From: Octopus sinensis
Taxonomy: Eukaryota
DNA length: 64,000 bases
Reading direction: 5' to 3'
Assembly: GCF_006345805.1 (NCBI RefSeq)
Contig: NC_043000.1
Location: 88,164,001-88,228,000 of the forward strand
Positions 25,411 to 38,997 of the stretch are shown in pieces (position 1 is the stretch's first letter; every line of letters begins with the position of its first letter). Below the pieces are notes generated by a model. The model had not been told where the DNA came from and made no database searches. It saw nothing but the letters and a program-made list of their open reading frames with translations. The position numbers and the translations under genes are program-made.

Positions 25411-26928
25411 TCACATATATATATATATATATATATATATTTGAAAAGATGAATAGAAATGGCTTTTCTAATAATTTTTCCAGTTTAATAATTAGATGTT
25501 TATAAATTTAAACAGCTAATTATGTGGGAAAATTAGCAGAAAAGCAGTTTCTCTTCATTTTTTCATATATATTATACTGTACCAAAGACTGTACTTTCTA
25601 TTTATTATTCTACTAAACACACAAACACAATCCCAATCACGCACACACAAACAAACACACACACATACCAGAATAAGGACATAAATGTGAAACAAGATGG
25701 GAAAAATAGTACTCGAATACCGGAGGTAGAATAATAAGCTTTATTAATAAAGCTGCAAAGACATCACAAAAACTGTTACTCAGAGTTTTGTGATGTATTT
25801 TGTAGTATTATATATAAATACACATATTTGTATATATGTATGTATGTTTGTATGTATGTAAGAAGATATAGAAATATCCATATCAACATATGTAATATCT
25901 GTACAGATTAGTTACAGCCGAAAAGAATCTATCAATCTATGTTTGACTTTAAATACCCTTATGAGATATTCAAAAACGCTTACTTGGAAAGTGACTGAGG
26001 TAGCTGTTAATGTCTTCCCGCGGAATTTAGTCTACCCTCTAAAATGCAGTGAATTTCCACCGTCTGACAAACTTTCGCAAAGCCTCTGTCTAGGATGTTT
26101 CATTTAAGACATCTATTAACTCGATGGTACGTAAAAACATATTTATGCAAGTTGATCTCACAGGAGGATGTAAAACTGAATCATTTCAATCTTGACTGCC
26201 AAACAGACCTCTTGGCTCAGGCAGCCATACACGTTCTTCTTCCCCCTTTATATTCAGGTATACATCTATATTGCACAAGTAACTATTAAGTGTCTTGTTA
26301 TTTCCTACTCGTAGATCTATCTACATACATAGTGTAAATAACATCAAAAGTGAACGTTAAACATCTGAAGATGTTTATATCCTCATGCAAAGCATCTTCA
26401 GAATTAATGAATGTCATTTAAACACACTTTCGGAGACGGAAAAAGAAAAAAATAAGACGTTTCTAGTCACTGAATCATCTGTATATTTTATATGTTTTCT
26501 ACTTGACAATCTTACCTTTTTTTTTCTCGTCTATTTGGTAAAAATCACGAATGCATTGCTGTTATTTGCTCAATTAATTGTTAGATTGTGCAGTAAATCA
26601 CACTTTTATTTTCACCAGTCGAGAATACGTAAATCGAAGTAAACATCTATTAAGGTCCAACTGAACAGTAAAGATGACACTTAACTAACATAACACACAC
26701 ACACGGACACACATGCATTTACATTCATATATAAATACATACATATACGTGGGTAAGTTTTATATATATGTATTATATATATTATACGTATATACTATTT
26801 ATGTATGTTATTTAAACACACACATAGATATAGCATATAAATGTTAAAATATGACATCATATATAATCTATCTGATATATGCATACATACATACATACAT
26901 ATATATATATATATGTAAATGTATATAA

Positions 26929-26972
<44 letters not shown>

Positions 26973-27041
26973 CTATATCTATATATTTATATCTATATCT
27001 AATCCATATCTATGTCTATATATCTATCAATATATATATAT

Positions 27042-27077
<36 letters not shown>

Positions 27078-27081
<4 letters not shown>

Positions 27082-27418
27082 GAGACGCAATGGCCCGATT
27101 CCCAGACCGGGTGTTGTGATTGTTTATTGAGCGAAAACACCTCCAGCTCCACGAGCCGCCGGAAGGGGGTTGGGGTGGCGAACCGTGCTGTTCTCTTTCA
27201 CAAAACTTTCTCTCACTCTTTCTTCCTGTTTCTGTTGTACCTGTATTTCAAAGGGCCATCCTTGTCCCACACTGTTTCACGCTGAATCTCCCCGAGAACT
27301 GCGTTAAAGGTACACGTGGCTGTGGAGTGCTCAGCCACTTGCACGTTAATTTCACGAGCAGGCTGTTTTGTTGATCGGATCAACAGGAACCCTTGTCGTC
27401 GTAATCGACGGAGTGCTA
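27078..27418 (+). mobile_element. tRNA-derived SINE family C
   Basis: Head gtggagacgcaatggccc and tail cagccacttgcacgttaatttcacgagcaggctg...gatcggatcaac; its reverse complement resembles 35965-36280. Confidence 0.7.
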
Positions 27419-27419
27419 C

Positions 27420-27459
<40 letters not shown>

Positions 27460-27460
<1 letters not shown>

Positions 27461-27633
27461 TTTCTTTTATCTTTTACTTGTTTCAGTCATTTGACTGCGG
27501 CCATGCTGGAGCACCGCCTTTAGTCGAGCAAATCGACCCCGGGACTTATTCTTTGTAAGCCCAGTACTTATTCTATCGGTCTCTTTTTGCCGAACCGCTA
27601 AGTGACGGGGGATGTAAACACACCAGCACACAA

Positions 27634-27664
<31 letters not shown>

Positions 27665-27833
27665 CATATATACGACAGGCTTCTTTCAGTTTCCGTCTAC
27701 CAAATCCACTCACAAGGCATTGGTCGGCCCGGGGCTATAGTAGAAGACACTTGCCCGAGGTGCCACACAGTGGGACTGAACCCGGAACCATGTGGTTGGT
27801 TAGCAAGCTACTTACTACACAACCACTCCTGCG

Positions 27834-27835
<2 letters not shown>
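27460..27835 (-). mobile_element. tRNA-derived SINE family A, near full length
   Basis: Same head and body as 16040-16445 (cagtcatttgactgcggccatgctggagcaccgcc; gggactgaacccggaaccatgtggttgg). Confidence 0.9.
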
Positions 27836-27882
<47 letters not shown>

Positions 27883-27887
<5 letters not shown>

Positions 27888-28077
27888 ACCGCGTGCGTAC
27901 CGTTGGCGATTTTTTTATTGTGTCTTCCCTTCTCTGGATCTTTCCTACTCCGACGAAGAGCTCCGCTCGAAACGTTAAACCTTCCTTCTTTCCTTCTTTC
28001 CTGAGCGTCCAATAATACTATATTTGTTCCACGTCCTCGTGTTGTGTTGTTTTGTGCTTTCTTGTTTGGATTAACTT

Positions 28078-28078
<1 letters not shown>
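27883..28078 (+). mobile_element. Solo PLE pLTR-like element (~195 bp) with hammerhead-like motif, inserted in (TA)n
   Basis: cCGACGA-a-gagc-tcc-gctc-GAAAC-GT-TA at 27950-27977; pure (TA)n on both sides. Confidence 0.6.
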
Positions 28079-28128
<50 letters not shown>

Positions 28129-28404
28129 ATAAAGAGGGGAGAGAGAAGTAGAGAAAGAGGTAACTAATTAGTACCTCGAGAGAACTGAAATTGCTAGATT
28201 TGATCTGGGTTGGCTACTTGCTTCTCTGGTATTGAACAAGTAATGTAGTCTCCGCTAATGAGACAATAAAAATTAAAAATCGATTAAGGCCTACCTTATC
28301 TTCTTGATTTATAGAGAAAAATTTATATTTGATATATTCATGTTTGATATATTTATACTGGGTATGCTTGAATGTATTATATCGTATTTTTCGTTCGTTT
28401 TTAC

Positions 28405-28500
28405 GTTCTTAGTTGAAATTTCGCTGAGGTCGCCTTTGCCTTTCATCCTTTAAGGGTCGATAAAATAAGTACCAATCGAGCACTGTGGTCGATGTTAATG
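28405..28500 (+). mobile_element. SINE family B fragment
   Basis: gttgaaatttcgctgaggtcgcctttgcctttcatcctttaagggtcgataaaataagtaccaatcgagcactgtggtcgatg. Confidence 0.8.
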
Positions 28501-28584
28501 TACTAGTCTCCTCCCAGTACACACACCCGCACGCACGCGCGTGCACACACACGCGCGTGCACACACACACACACACACACGCAT

Positions 28585-28637
<53 letters not shown>

Positions 28638-28785
28638 ACACAAATAATCAGAAAATGGAGAAAACCTCTGATTAACAAACACATCGATTAGACCACATTT
28701 ATAGCTTTATTAATAAGTAAGCTATAAGTGTGGTCCGATTGATGTGTTTGTTAATGTGAGGTCTTCTCCCTTTTCTGATTATTTC

Positions 28786-28821
<36 letters not shown>

Positions 28822-31800
28822 AGTGTGTATATGTGAGTGCGTATTTGTGTGCGTCCGTATGTTCCTTATGCATTCGGAAATTGAGCTGCCGACTTTGACG
28901 TATAGGGTTTCTAAAGATTAAGTAATCTTTCGGGTACCGAATAAACTTTATTTTCATTGTCTCAACAACCAGCTGTAGTTATTTGAAATACACTGTTCTA
29001 CAACGACCAGACTTCATTAGAAAATGAAAATAGTTTCAGACTTTCAGTTTGAACCCATATTACAAAGTGTTGCATTATGAGAGTGACTATGTATGAATAA
29101 TGAAAGTAATGTTTCACAGAATTAGTGACAGGAAAGCTGATTATCTTCAATGTACCAAATAAACCCTGTTTTTGGCACAACAACTCTTTTTTTTACCACC
29201 AATATAACCTCGGAAATGAAGTCGGGTAGCACAATTTTGAGGTCATTTTCGGGCAATATTTCGATGCGCTTCTAATCTTTCACATTCGTCCGATGTTTCA
29301 CGCAATCGTGGAATTCTACTCAGACAAACATTTATGAAAATCTACACATAAATATTGTATTAAAATTAACACAACGTAAAAGTTTCATTAAGTTAAGACT
29401 AACTCCTCAGATATAAGAAAATACTTCTAAATTGAAGATGCTCTCACTCAGCAGAAATACAACCCAGGCAAACCAAGTATGGCATACATCAAGAACAATG
29501 TTAGTTCTATCAAAAAACATAATATTCAAATTTCCACACTATCTATTCATGACCTAATTATAAATTCAAAATGACCGACAAGGCAAACACACCCTTATTT
29601 TAGGTCAATTTTTTTTTACCGAACTGTTAAAGATAATATGCTCTAACAGATTCGAATGCCGACGTATTGGGATACAGACTAGATTTCGTTGTGGGGTCGC
29701 TCATAGCTATATGCAGCAGTTAAAGCGTTTTTGATCCTTGGGTAGTAGCATTCCCGTGTCTCTAGAAGATGAACAAATAAATTGAATCTAATCACACTAG
29801 AACAACATCTAAGCCCGTATCAAAGTAATACACATGCCAAATAAATAATTCCAGCCCATTACATCAATTATTCTCAGAAATATCGTGACCTAAAGATTGC
29901 TACACATAGTCAGAAACGTTATTTTGAGAAAAAACGTAAAAAACGCTTGAAATGGTTGATTTTACAACAATGCCCAACTACACAAGGATAATATCCACAT
30001 TTTAATGAAATATTTGCAGTTTTGCACAGTCTAATAACGCCCAGAGGCATATCCTTTGCAATTTTTTTAGAGATTTTGCTATCTGAAATCTGAGGTATCC
30101 ATTTCTCTGTATGTTATGAAGAAATACAGTCACTCTCTCTCACATACCCACGCACACACATAGAAAGAAGATGAATGCATATGTATTTATGTACGTGTAT
30201 ATGAAAAATAATGTGTGAGAGAGACAGAGAGAGAGGGTGAGAGACTGAGTGCGCGAGTGAGTGCTCTTTACACATACATGCAAAAATACATATATGTCAA
30301 CACACCTTCACTCACTCACTCCCTCCCTCACGCACACGCACACAGACACACACACAGACACACACACATCCATTTCATATACACACACATACCTCTTTCA
30401 CTTTCTCCTATCTTTCACTTCCTGGTCTCAATTCAAAGCAAATGTCACCGTTTCACTTTCTACTTTCTTTCAATTTCTTCTCTCTTCAAAGCATAAGTTT
30501 AAAAAAAAAATTTACGGAAATTAACGAACAATGATATGATTCCATATGATCAACCATATGCTCGAGTTGACAACTTTGCTACTTCAATCAAAAGAAAACC
30601 ATAAAATAATTTCCTTTGGTACACACATGCACACACACACACACACGCATGCACACAAGCACGCACGCAAAGCCACCCACGCACCCACAACCCCCCACAC
30701 GCACTAGGTAAAGCTTCTGTACGAATTATGTTATTTCTTGCTATGTACACCTCAAATCTGCGCAAAATTACACCTCAAATCCAATTGAAATTACCTTTTC
30801 CGTTTCTGTAATTTCTGTTTGTGATGAGCGTATTTAAAAACCTGATCTTCGATATAAATTTAAAAGGAAGTTCTTCCCAGAAATATTGTCCTTTACCTGT
30901 TGTTTCTAGCATGTCCGAGGTGACATTTGACCCTCGCCTTATTTTTCCTAAATTTCTTCTTATTCCGTTCTCAATATTTAAATTTTCTCCCTCCCTACCC
31001 CAATTTCTTCATCTTTTTCTTTTTTCCAAATATTTTTCTTGGTAATCCACGGAGAAAAAAAAAAACAGAGAGTACGAATCTTTAAGGGTTTTCTTTTTCC
31101 TTTTTTCTTAAAGAAATACTAAAATCTCCTTCCCAAACATCTATCCGTCGCCTCACCACTTTCAAAAAGCTACAAACTCCCAATATTTCTCTTTTAGCTT
31201 TTTGAAAAGACGGGAAGTTGTTTACGTCTGCCATTTCAGTACAGTTCTATGCATGCGTAAAACAACAGACGAAAGTGAAACATTGGGAGATCTTAGCTTT
31301 TTGAAAGCGGGTTGGTGATGAGTGGGCGAGGTTGGGGACAGAGTATTGAGTGATTCGTGAAGAAAAATTAAACTTTAAAAAAATTAGACTTCCCAGATTC
31401 CTAATCTCTCTATTTTTCTACGTGGATAAAAAAATCAAAAATATGTAACAAATTAAGAAATTGTAGTGGGGATGGGGGAAATAAAAATTCTGAAAACGTG
31501 ATTTCTTGGTAAAATTGTAATAACCCCCTTTTATACGATAAAACCATACATAGTTTGTGATCCTTCTTAAGAATAGAAAGCACTTTCATGCAAACCAATG
31601 CAAATTGTATCCTCCCACCTTCACTTTAAACAAACAACAATTTCCATTACGCCAGTAATCTAGTTCACTATGTATCAGCTATGTCAATTCTGCCCATAAC
31701 AGAGAAAAAAATAATACAATGTACTTGTAGTTCATAACATCTGGGCAACGCCGGGGTGCATTGCTAGTATATATATATGCATACGTACACGCATGTATAT

Positions 31801-33301
31801 ATAGTTTGGAATTAGTTGATGATTAACTCCCTCTGTACTCATAGTTTCTCTGCCTATTCAGTGGTTTAGTACTGAATCTCTTTTCTCCCATATGAAACTA
31901 AAAATCTCTTCATTTTTATTTCATCGATCACTGCGTTTTTTGTGCTTTGTTTTTAATATAACATATTTCTTTGCTCTAATACTAGCCACTGAACTTCTCA
32001 ATCGATTCTTGATGCATAACGGAGACTTTAAAATCTCTGTCACCAAATTCTTCAAATATATATTCTAGATCCACAAGCTTTACTTAGGAAACAAAACCTA
32101 GGAGTCAATCGGTGTGGAACTTAAAGTAGATCTAAGAATAACGAAGAGGAAGAAAAATAAACGAAGAGAAAGTGAAACAGAAAGAGAGTGTGAGAGAGGA
32201 AAATTAAGGAGAGTAAACGTTGAAAAAGCAATCAGTAAAATCATTATTATATACCAAAGAAAGTCACAAATAAAATATGAGAGATAGGGGAGATTGCGAA
32301 ATTAGAAATTAGGAAAAAAAATTATCTGGAGCTAAGCTTGGTAGTGGATGCCAGCAATGATGATAAAGACGTAGATGGTGTAATAAGTAAAACGGTGCTA
32401 GAGAGAAGAGAAAAAGAAACTCTGAAGAAGAAACGTAGAAGAAGATGAGCTTGTGGTAAAGGAAAGTATTGAAGGATTAAATGACAATCAATGTAAATAT
32501 GAAAATAGATTGAAGACCGAAAAATATCATACTTTTTAAATATATTCCGTGAAATGGAAATCGGTGAATTGAACAGCAATCTAAAAATAGTCAAAATAAA
32601 TCGAATTTTTTCATCGATTTACTCATATTCTTCAATTTTTGTTATTAATATTTAGTTTTTTTATTTAAAATTTTCGTTATTTTATTCGCCAGTAATATTT
32701 GGTTTCTTACTTTAAGTTCATAAAAGTTCCTGCAATATATCAATGATCAATCAATTGTTCTCTATGTTTATAATTGGAGCCGAACGATGGCTATAGAATC
32801 GTTCTTGTTGCTGTAATTATACAATAGACATATCATCAAATGCGTTCTAATGCTGACCATCCAATTCAATACTGTATCTAGAGCTACATTAGCCAACGCA
32901 TGATTTGTTTTAAGAAATTAGAATGTAATTTGAAATGGATTTTGAAATGTCTCACCCGTGGTCCTTCCAAGTTATTAGCGGGGGTTTTAGTTTGTCTAAT
33001 TACAGTGAAATGGTTTATTTGTCTAGTAATGGGGCGTGTCTCTTCGGGACTGAGATTAACGATGTGTTTTTTAAGCCTAGCGTTTACCATGAATTTAATT
33101 TGCAGGGAAAAGCCACTAAGCAGTTAATGCTAAACTAAAACCCTTGCTAGTAACTTGGAAGGACCTCGGGTGAGACACTCCCGTCGGCCCTAATCTCACC
33201 TATATAACACTCGATCGAAACTCAAACAGATAAACAACAATGGCGTCCACAACTCACCTCTAACAAATACTATAGATTATACTTCTGACAAGAGCGGGGG
33301 T

Positions 33302-33510
33302 AGATCAGTTCTCTGGTTTACACTCCCATTCGTCTTAACCGTTTAGGGCTTAGCCAAAACATTCTTTCAGATAGTAGACTCTAACTTCCCACGTCAACGT
33401 AAGTACCATTCAATCTTTAATAGATTTACCCAAAAAATGTCCTACTCCTCTCTGCCCAATATAGAATCTATTGTTACCTCTTCCAATAAACGAAAACTTA
33501 ATTCCTACTA
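33302..33510 (+). mobile_element. PLE RT-thumb/linker fragment (same type as 45251-47257), decayed
   Basis: Frame from 33302 gives RSVLWFTLPFVLTV*GLAKTFFQIVDSNFPRQRKYHSIFNRFTQKMSYSSLPNIESIVTSSNKRKLN, similar to the PLE motifs IWFNPPF, KIFNRNT, SYSCMPN and IISSHN. Confidence 0.7.
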
Positions 33511-33679
33511 CGTAAATATATATAATCATAATATAGGTCAAAGTCACAAAAATACTAATAACACCACCACTAATACTAATACGACCGATACCACCACTAC
33601 TACTATTACTAACTCTAATACGACCGATACCACCACTACTACTATTACTAGTGTTATTGATAGTGATAATACCATTGCT

Positions 33680-33797
<118 letters not shown>

Positions 33798-34019
33798 GCC
33801 AGCCTCGACAGCGGCTGGACGTATTCTTCGTTGCTCGGACCAGTCAGCAGCTGAAGACACAGAAACACTAGGACAACTGAAAAATAACTTTCAAAGAATG
33901 GAATATCTACAATTTCCTGCCAGTATTTTAAACTTCCCTCAAAATAAGTTGAGACTTACATATCTACAGTTTTCGAACACACAGACGATCAGCTTTAAAA
34001 AATTCAATATTTACCTATC

Positions 34020-34370
34020 CTTTCCTTTCTCCCTGAGTATTCGAAAATGTAAACATCCTTTTTTTTCTAAGAACACTACAGTTTTCTCTGTTCGGACAAA
34101 CAGTAGTAAATTTTAAAACTTTAATATCTAAAATTTTCTGTGAAAATGTTATCCTCCTTTTCTTTCCTTTCTTCCTGAGTATTCGAGAATGTAAACATCA
34201 TTTTTATTGCAAAAACACTACAGTCTCCTCTAATCTGACATACAAACAAACATCTCTAGAAAACTTAAAAACTGTAATATCTACAATTTTGTATGAAAAT
34301 TTTATCTTTCTTTTCTCCTTGACTACCCGAATATGTAAACATACCTTTTATTGCAACAACACAATTAAAC
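34020..34370. repeat. Diverged tandem repeat, about 2.5 units of ~140-160 bp
   Basis: Recurring ctgagtattcgaaaatgtaaacatc / ctgagtattcgagaatgtaaacatc / tgactacccgaatatgtaaacatac, each followed by a acactacag or acaacac motif. Confidence 0.7.
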
Positions 34371-34537
34371 GCATGATAAAAAAAATTAAAGAGGTAAACA
34401 CCTGCCAATATATACAAACTGCACAATTGCAAAAACTGTAAACCATAGTAAAACTTATAAAAAGAAAGAAAAATTTCAAAGAAAAAAAAAGAATGCAGAA
34501 ATTCAAAAATTCGGCGATGTGAACATCAGTACATCAG

Positions 34538-34613
<76 letters not shown>

Positions 34614-35510
34614 ATATATATATATGTATAATTATTTTTCTATCAGTAATAAAAATAGAACAAGGTGAATTGGTTTTTTCATGGCCAAGGTCAGCGTTCT
34701 CATTGATCGCTAGTAGTAGCAAACACATTAGACCTCTGCTGGCTCCAAAGGTGTGAGCCCTGTTTTGTCTCCTTATCGCACAGGAATGTTCATTGTTGAT
34801 CTCTTTACCATCTGCCGAATCTATTTACAGACCTGTGGAATTTTTATCTATTCACCAAGGTATTTCTCGTGCTCCTACTATTCCCTTAAACCCTCACATA
34901 TTTATGATCATCTCAAGTACAAGACAAAAGTTGAAACTAAACAACACTTAATAACACCTTTTAATAATAAATGGAAATAATGATGATGATGGTAATAATA
35001 GTGATAATAATAACGCATGTTATTATTATAATAAAACACGTCGGATTATTAACAACGACAAATCGTAAACAAATGAAATTAATAATATCAGTGGGGATAA
35101 TAATAATAATGAAAGTAAACGTTTGGAATCTTCCCATGCTCTGATTGTTGATACATCTAGTGACGGTGTCACCATAAAAAATCTGGTAATTGCGCAATCT
35201 GATAATCGCTACCTCATATGAATCTGATAATATATTTATAACAAATCATACAAAACTGAAAAAATTAACAAATATGGAAACTGAAAAATTTTAACATCTT
35301 ATTGAATCTAATAAAATTTTTATAACAAATCATACCATGCCTATTGAGGAGGCTGAAAGTCAACATGTGTTGAAGTATTGAATCAAAAGGATCTAAGCCT
35401 TTCAATCCGATCTCTTGTCGCCACATAAAATCAACTTTTTAGTGGGGAGATGACCCAATATTTTAATGGGAATTTTTTAATGGGGATGAGATAACCAAAA
35501 CGTACCTATA

Positions 35511-35541
<31 letters not shown>

Positions 35542-35594
35542 CAGAAATATTAAATTTCTAAATATCTCATAGAGATATGTACGGTGGTGGGGCG

Positions 35595-35735
35595 ATAGAA
35601 TGGTTGTATATTGTCAATTTATCATGACAGTAGATTACACCACCACTGTTTAGCCCTAGGAAGCATCGACGCTTCCTAGGGCTAAACAACGGTGGTGTAA
35701 TCCCCTACTGTCACGTTAAGTTGACAGTATACAAC

Positions 35736-35743
<8 letters not shown>
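35595..35743. mobile_element. Short palindromic MITE-like hairpin (~70-bp arms, 6-nt loop)
   Basis: atagaatggttgtata...tgtttagccctaggaagc-atcgac-gcttcctagggctaaaca...tatacaaccattctat. Confidence 0.8.
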
Positions 35744-35772
<29 letters not shown>

Positions 35773-35964
35773 AATATATATATAAATGTATATATATATA
35801 TATGTGTGTGTATGTGTGTGTGTATGTATGTATCTAAATATATATACACCATGCAAGTTTTATAATACCTAAATTCGATAGGGACCATTTTTGATCAATC
35901 AGTGAATGTAAGGATATTCCAATAGAAAGGACGTGATGCTGAATAACGAAATGTTGTTTGCTGG

Positions 35965-36280
35965 AACTATATCATTGGAATCCCATCTGTTACGAAGGCG
36001 AGTATTTCCAGTTGATCCATTCAACGGAACAGCCTACTCTTGTAATTAACGTGCAAGCAGTTGAGTCAAAAACAAGCGGGTACAACCTCAACGTAGTTCT
36101 AAAGAAGAGAATGTGTCAAGGCTGGCCCTTTGCTTACAGGTACAACCCATTTCTGCCAGCTGAATGGACAGAAGGAACGTCAAATAAAGCACCATGCCCA
36201 GACATAACGCGCTACCGGGAATCGAACACACAAAATTACGATTGTGAGCCGAAAGCCCTTACTGCTAAGCTATGTGCCGT
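35965..36280 (-). mobile_element. tRNA-derived SINE family C, diverged
   Basis: ccagttgatccattcaacggaacagcctactcttgtaattaacgtgcaag and ccgggaatcgaac (B-box on the minus strand). Confidence 0.7.
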
Positions 36281-37468
36281 CACAACTATATCACAATGTT
36301 AAATAATAATTGTAGCAAATGCATTGAGTTATTTCTGAATGTGTTCGTATATAGTAACACATACAAACTTTTCCCTGCTCGCGCGCACGCACACACACAC
36401 GTACACATACACGTGCACACGCGCGAGCACCCACCCACACACACGCACGGACACACACACATACAAGTACACACGCACATGAATCTTCAAATGTTTATAT
36501 CTTCATGCAAAACAAATTCAGAATTAATGAATGTTATTTTAAAAAACGTCGTCTTTGCTTGTGTTAGGACTAGAAACTAGATATAACACAACATAGATAA
36601 ACAAGTCAAGATTGGTTTCATATATGAAGTAGGATCCATTTACGATGTTAAGAAATACAAAATAAAGCTAGCATAACATATGTTTTTTAGACGGGAATGA
36701 TGGTCACTGAATGTAATCAAGCAGAGAAAATAGAAAATGAATGAGATTATGCTGATTTTGTGACAAAGGAAACGGAAGATATCGGCCAAGAACCATAACT
36801 CAGATATATCCTCAGTTGAATACTGTCCGATTTACTCTTTACTGAAGTGTGGGAGGAACTTAGATCAAAATTGAATAAGTATTAAATGAAACATAAATAA
36901 AAGAGATATGAGTATAGATATTGACTCTTGACGTAATAGCCACGTAGTTATAAACCATTTATTCATGTTTTCTAATCTCACAACTCAATATAATTCTGGG
37001 TATATATTAGTCTCATATGAAAATCAGTTGTAGACATAGGAGTAATGATACAAAGAAAAAATATATAAACATGGTTGAAAGTTAATTTAAGCAAAGATTA
37101 TGAAACATCTATTGAGACAGTCATCTAAAACACTGGTAGGTTATATATAGTCTTTAAAAGACAAAAATACTATTACACCAACTGGTGATTACGCGAGAAA
37201 CAAAGGGCTTCTAAAAATGGATTCAAGAAGTGCTGATTAGCCTACATGAGTAGACCTGGAATTTCCAAAGTTTACTCTTTTCAAGGACTTCGCCAAGTAT
37301 AGAAAGGAATTTTTTATACGATGTTTTAATGTAGACAAGTACATTCTAAGTAACTGACCGTACATAACCCTAGGCATTCGTTCCACTATGAAGAACATCT
37401 TATTTTACATTTTCTTTTTACTTTACTTTTTCTGTTCTGATCTCTCTGTCTGTTTGTCTCTCTCTCCG

Positions 37469-37564
<96 letters not shown>

Positions 37565-37565
37565 C

Positions 37566-37627
<62 letters not shown>
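37469..37627. repeat. (TATC)n / (GATA)n microsatellite
   Basis: Direct reading. Further tracts at 38616-38770 and 45161-45238 flank the Tx1-like copies. Confidence 0.97.
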
Positions 37628-37628
<1 letters not shown>

Positions 37629-38510
37629 CGTCGACGAGGAGTACCTGACCCGCCTGTTCGGGACGACTTTCGGGCCAGGGCCCATGGACAACTTCCAGAG
37701 ATCCCTGGCCTGGCAGTGCTACGAGAAGCGCTACCCGTTCGGGATAAGCTCTACAGACACGGCTCGAGAAACACGGGGCCGACCTGCCCGAGATGCGGTC
37801 AGAGCGACGAAACCGTTCTGCACGCACTCGTTCAGTGTCCAACAATTTCCGACCTGTGGGCTTATGTCGAACAACTGCTGTCAAGTGTGGGACGAGTCGT
37901 TTATCAGCTGAGTCTATCGTCAATATTGTCACGCCTCCTCCTTCAAACGGGAAGGAAGAGCTATTTTCATCATCCTTGTGGCTATGGCGAAAGAATGTAT
38001 CTGGTGGACGCGTCTGAAAGGATTGGAGACAAACACTTTCCTCTCTGGTCAATCTCTCATCAACTTCTTCAAGTACCACTTGAAAAGGAAAGTGAGAGTA
38101 GAGAGGCAAGTTTTGTCTAGCGAATGGTTTAAAAAAAGATGGGTGAATGTAGCAAGAATGGCACGTATGAATGACGAAGCCACCTTGAGCATAGTCCTAT
38201 GAACCCAGAAATCGAAAACAGAGAGTTGCTTATTTGCAAAAAAAAAAAAAAAAAAAAGAAATATAAAATGTGACTTCATTGACCGAGGTTACCGTGGTCT
38301 TTTCCGTAGGCTTTTCTTTCCACGGGTAACCTCACCTTCCTCCCCTTTACACTTCATATTGACATTTCTGTGATAACGATCCCTATTGATCAATTTTTTT
38401 TTATTTTTTTTTCCTCTCCCCCTTTTTTTTATTTTTTTAATTTTTTTTTAACCCCCCTTTTTTTGTCCTCTTTCTCTCCTTTTACGATCCCTTTGATCGA
38501 AACTCCCCCT

Positions 38511-38544
<34 letters not shown>

Positions 38545-38615
38545 CTTCAAAAGAAAAGCTCTACCTTGTAATTTGTTCTATCTGTGTGCAGCCCTGTGTG
38601 GCTAATAAAGAAACA
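37628..38615 (+). mobile_element. 5'-truncated copy of the Tx1/L1-clade LINE (C-terminal zinc finger and 3' UTR)
   Basis: Near-identical to ~44178-45160. Encodes [18 protein letters not shown] and ends gctaataaagaaaca directly into (TATC/TACC)n. Confidence 0.92.
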
Positions 38616-38634
38616 TACCTACCTACCTACCTAC

Positions 38635-38717
<83 letters not shown>

Positions 38718-38734
38718 CCTACCTACCTACCTAC

Positions 38735-38772
<38 letters not shown>

Positions 38773-38997
38773 CTCTCTCTACAATGGACGGACGATAGTC
38801 ATATCGGCTCCACGTAAGTTGGCCACTTTTACATGTTTAAAACTCCTTTTTGTCAAATATTTTGTTTTAATCGTTGTGCAAGTTCATTCACTAAAAAACC
38901 TGAGAATTATTCACGTAGAATTCCGCCCCTGTATGGGCGAAATTACAAAAAAACTTTCAAAACTTTCGTGGGTTTTTAGCCATTTTTCATTTTGAAA

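Noticed and set aside
26368-26425. ~55-bp similarity to ~36490-36545 (tttatatc.tcatgcaaa.ca..ttcagaattaatgaatgt)
   Set aside because: Short, AT-rich and probably an old dispersed repeat fragment; nothing more can be inferred.
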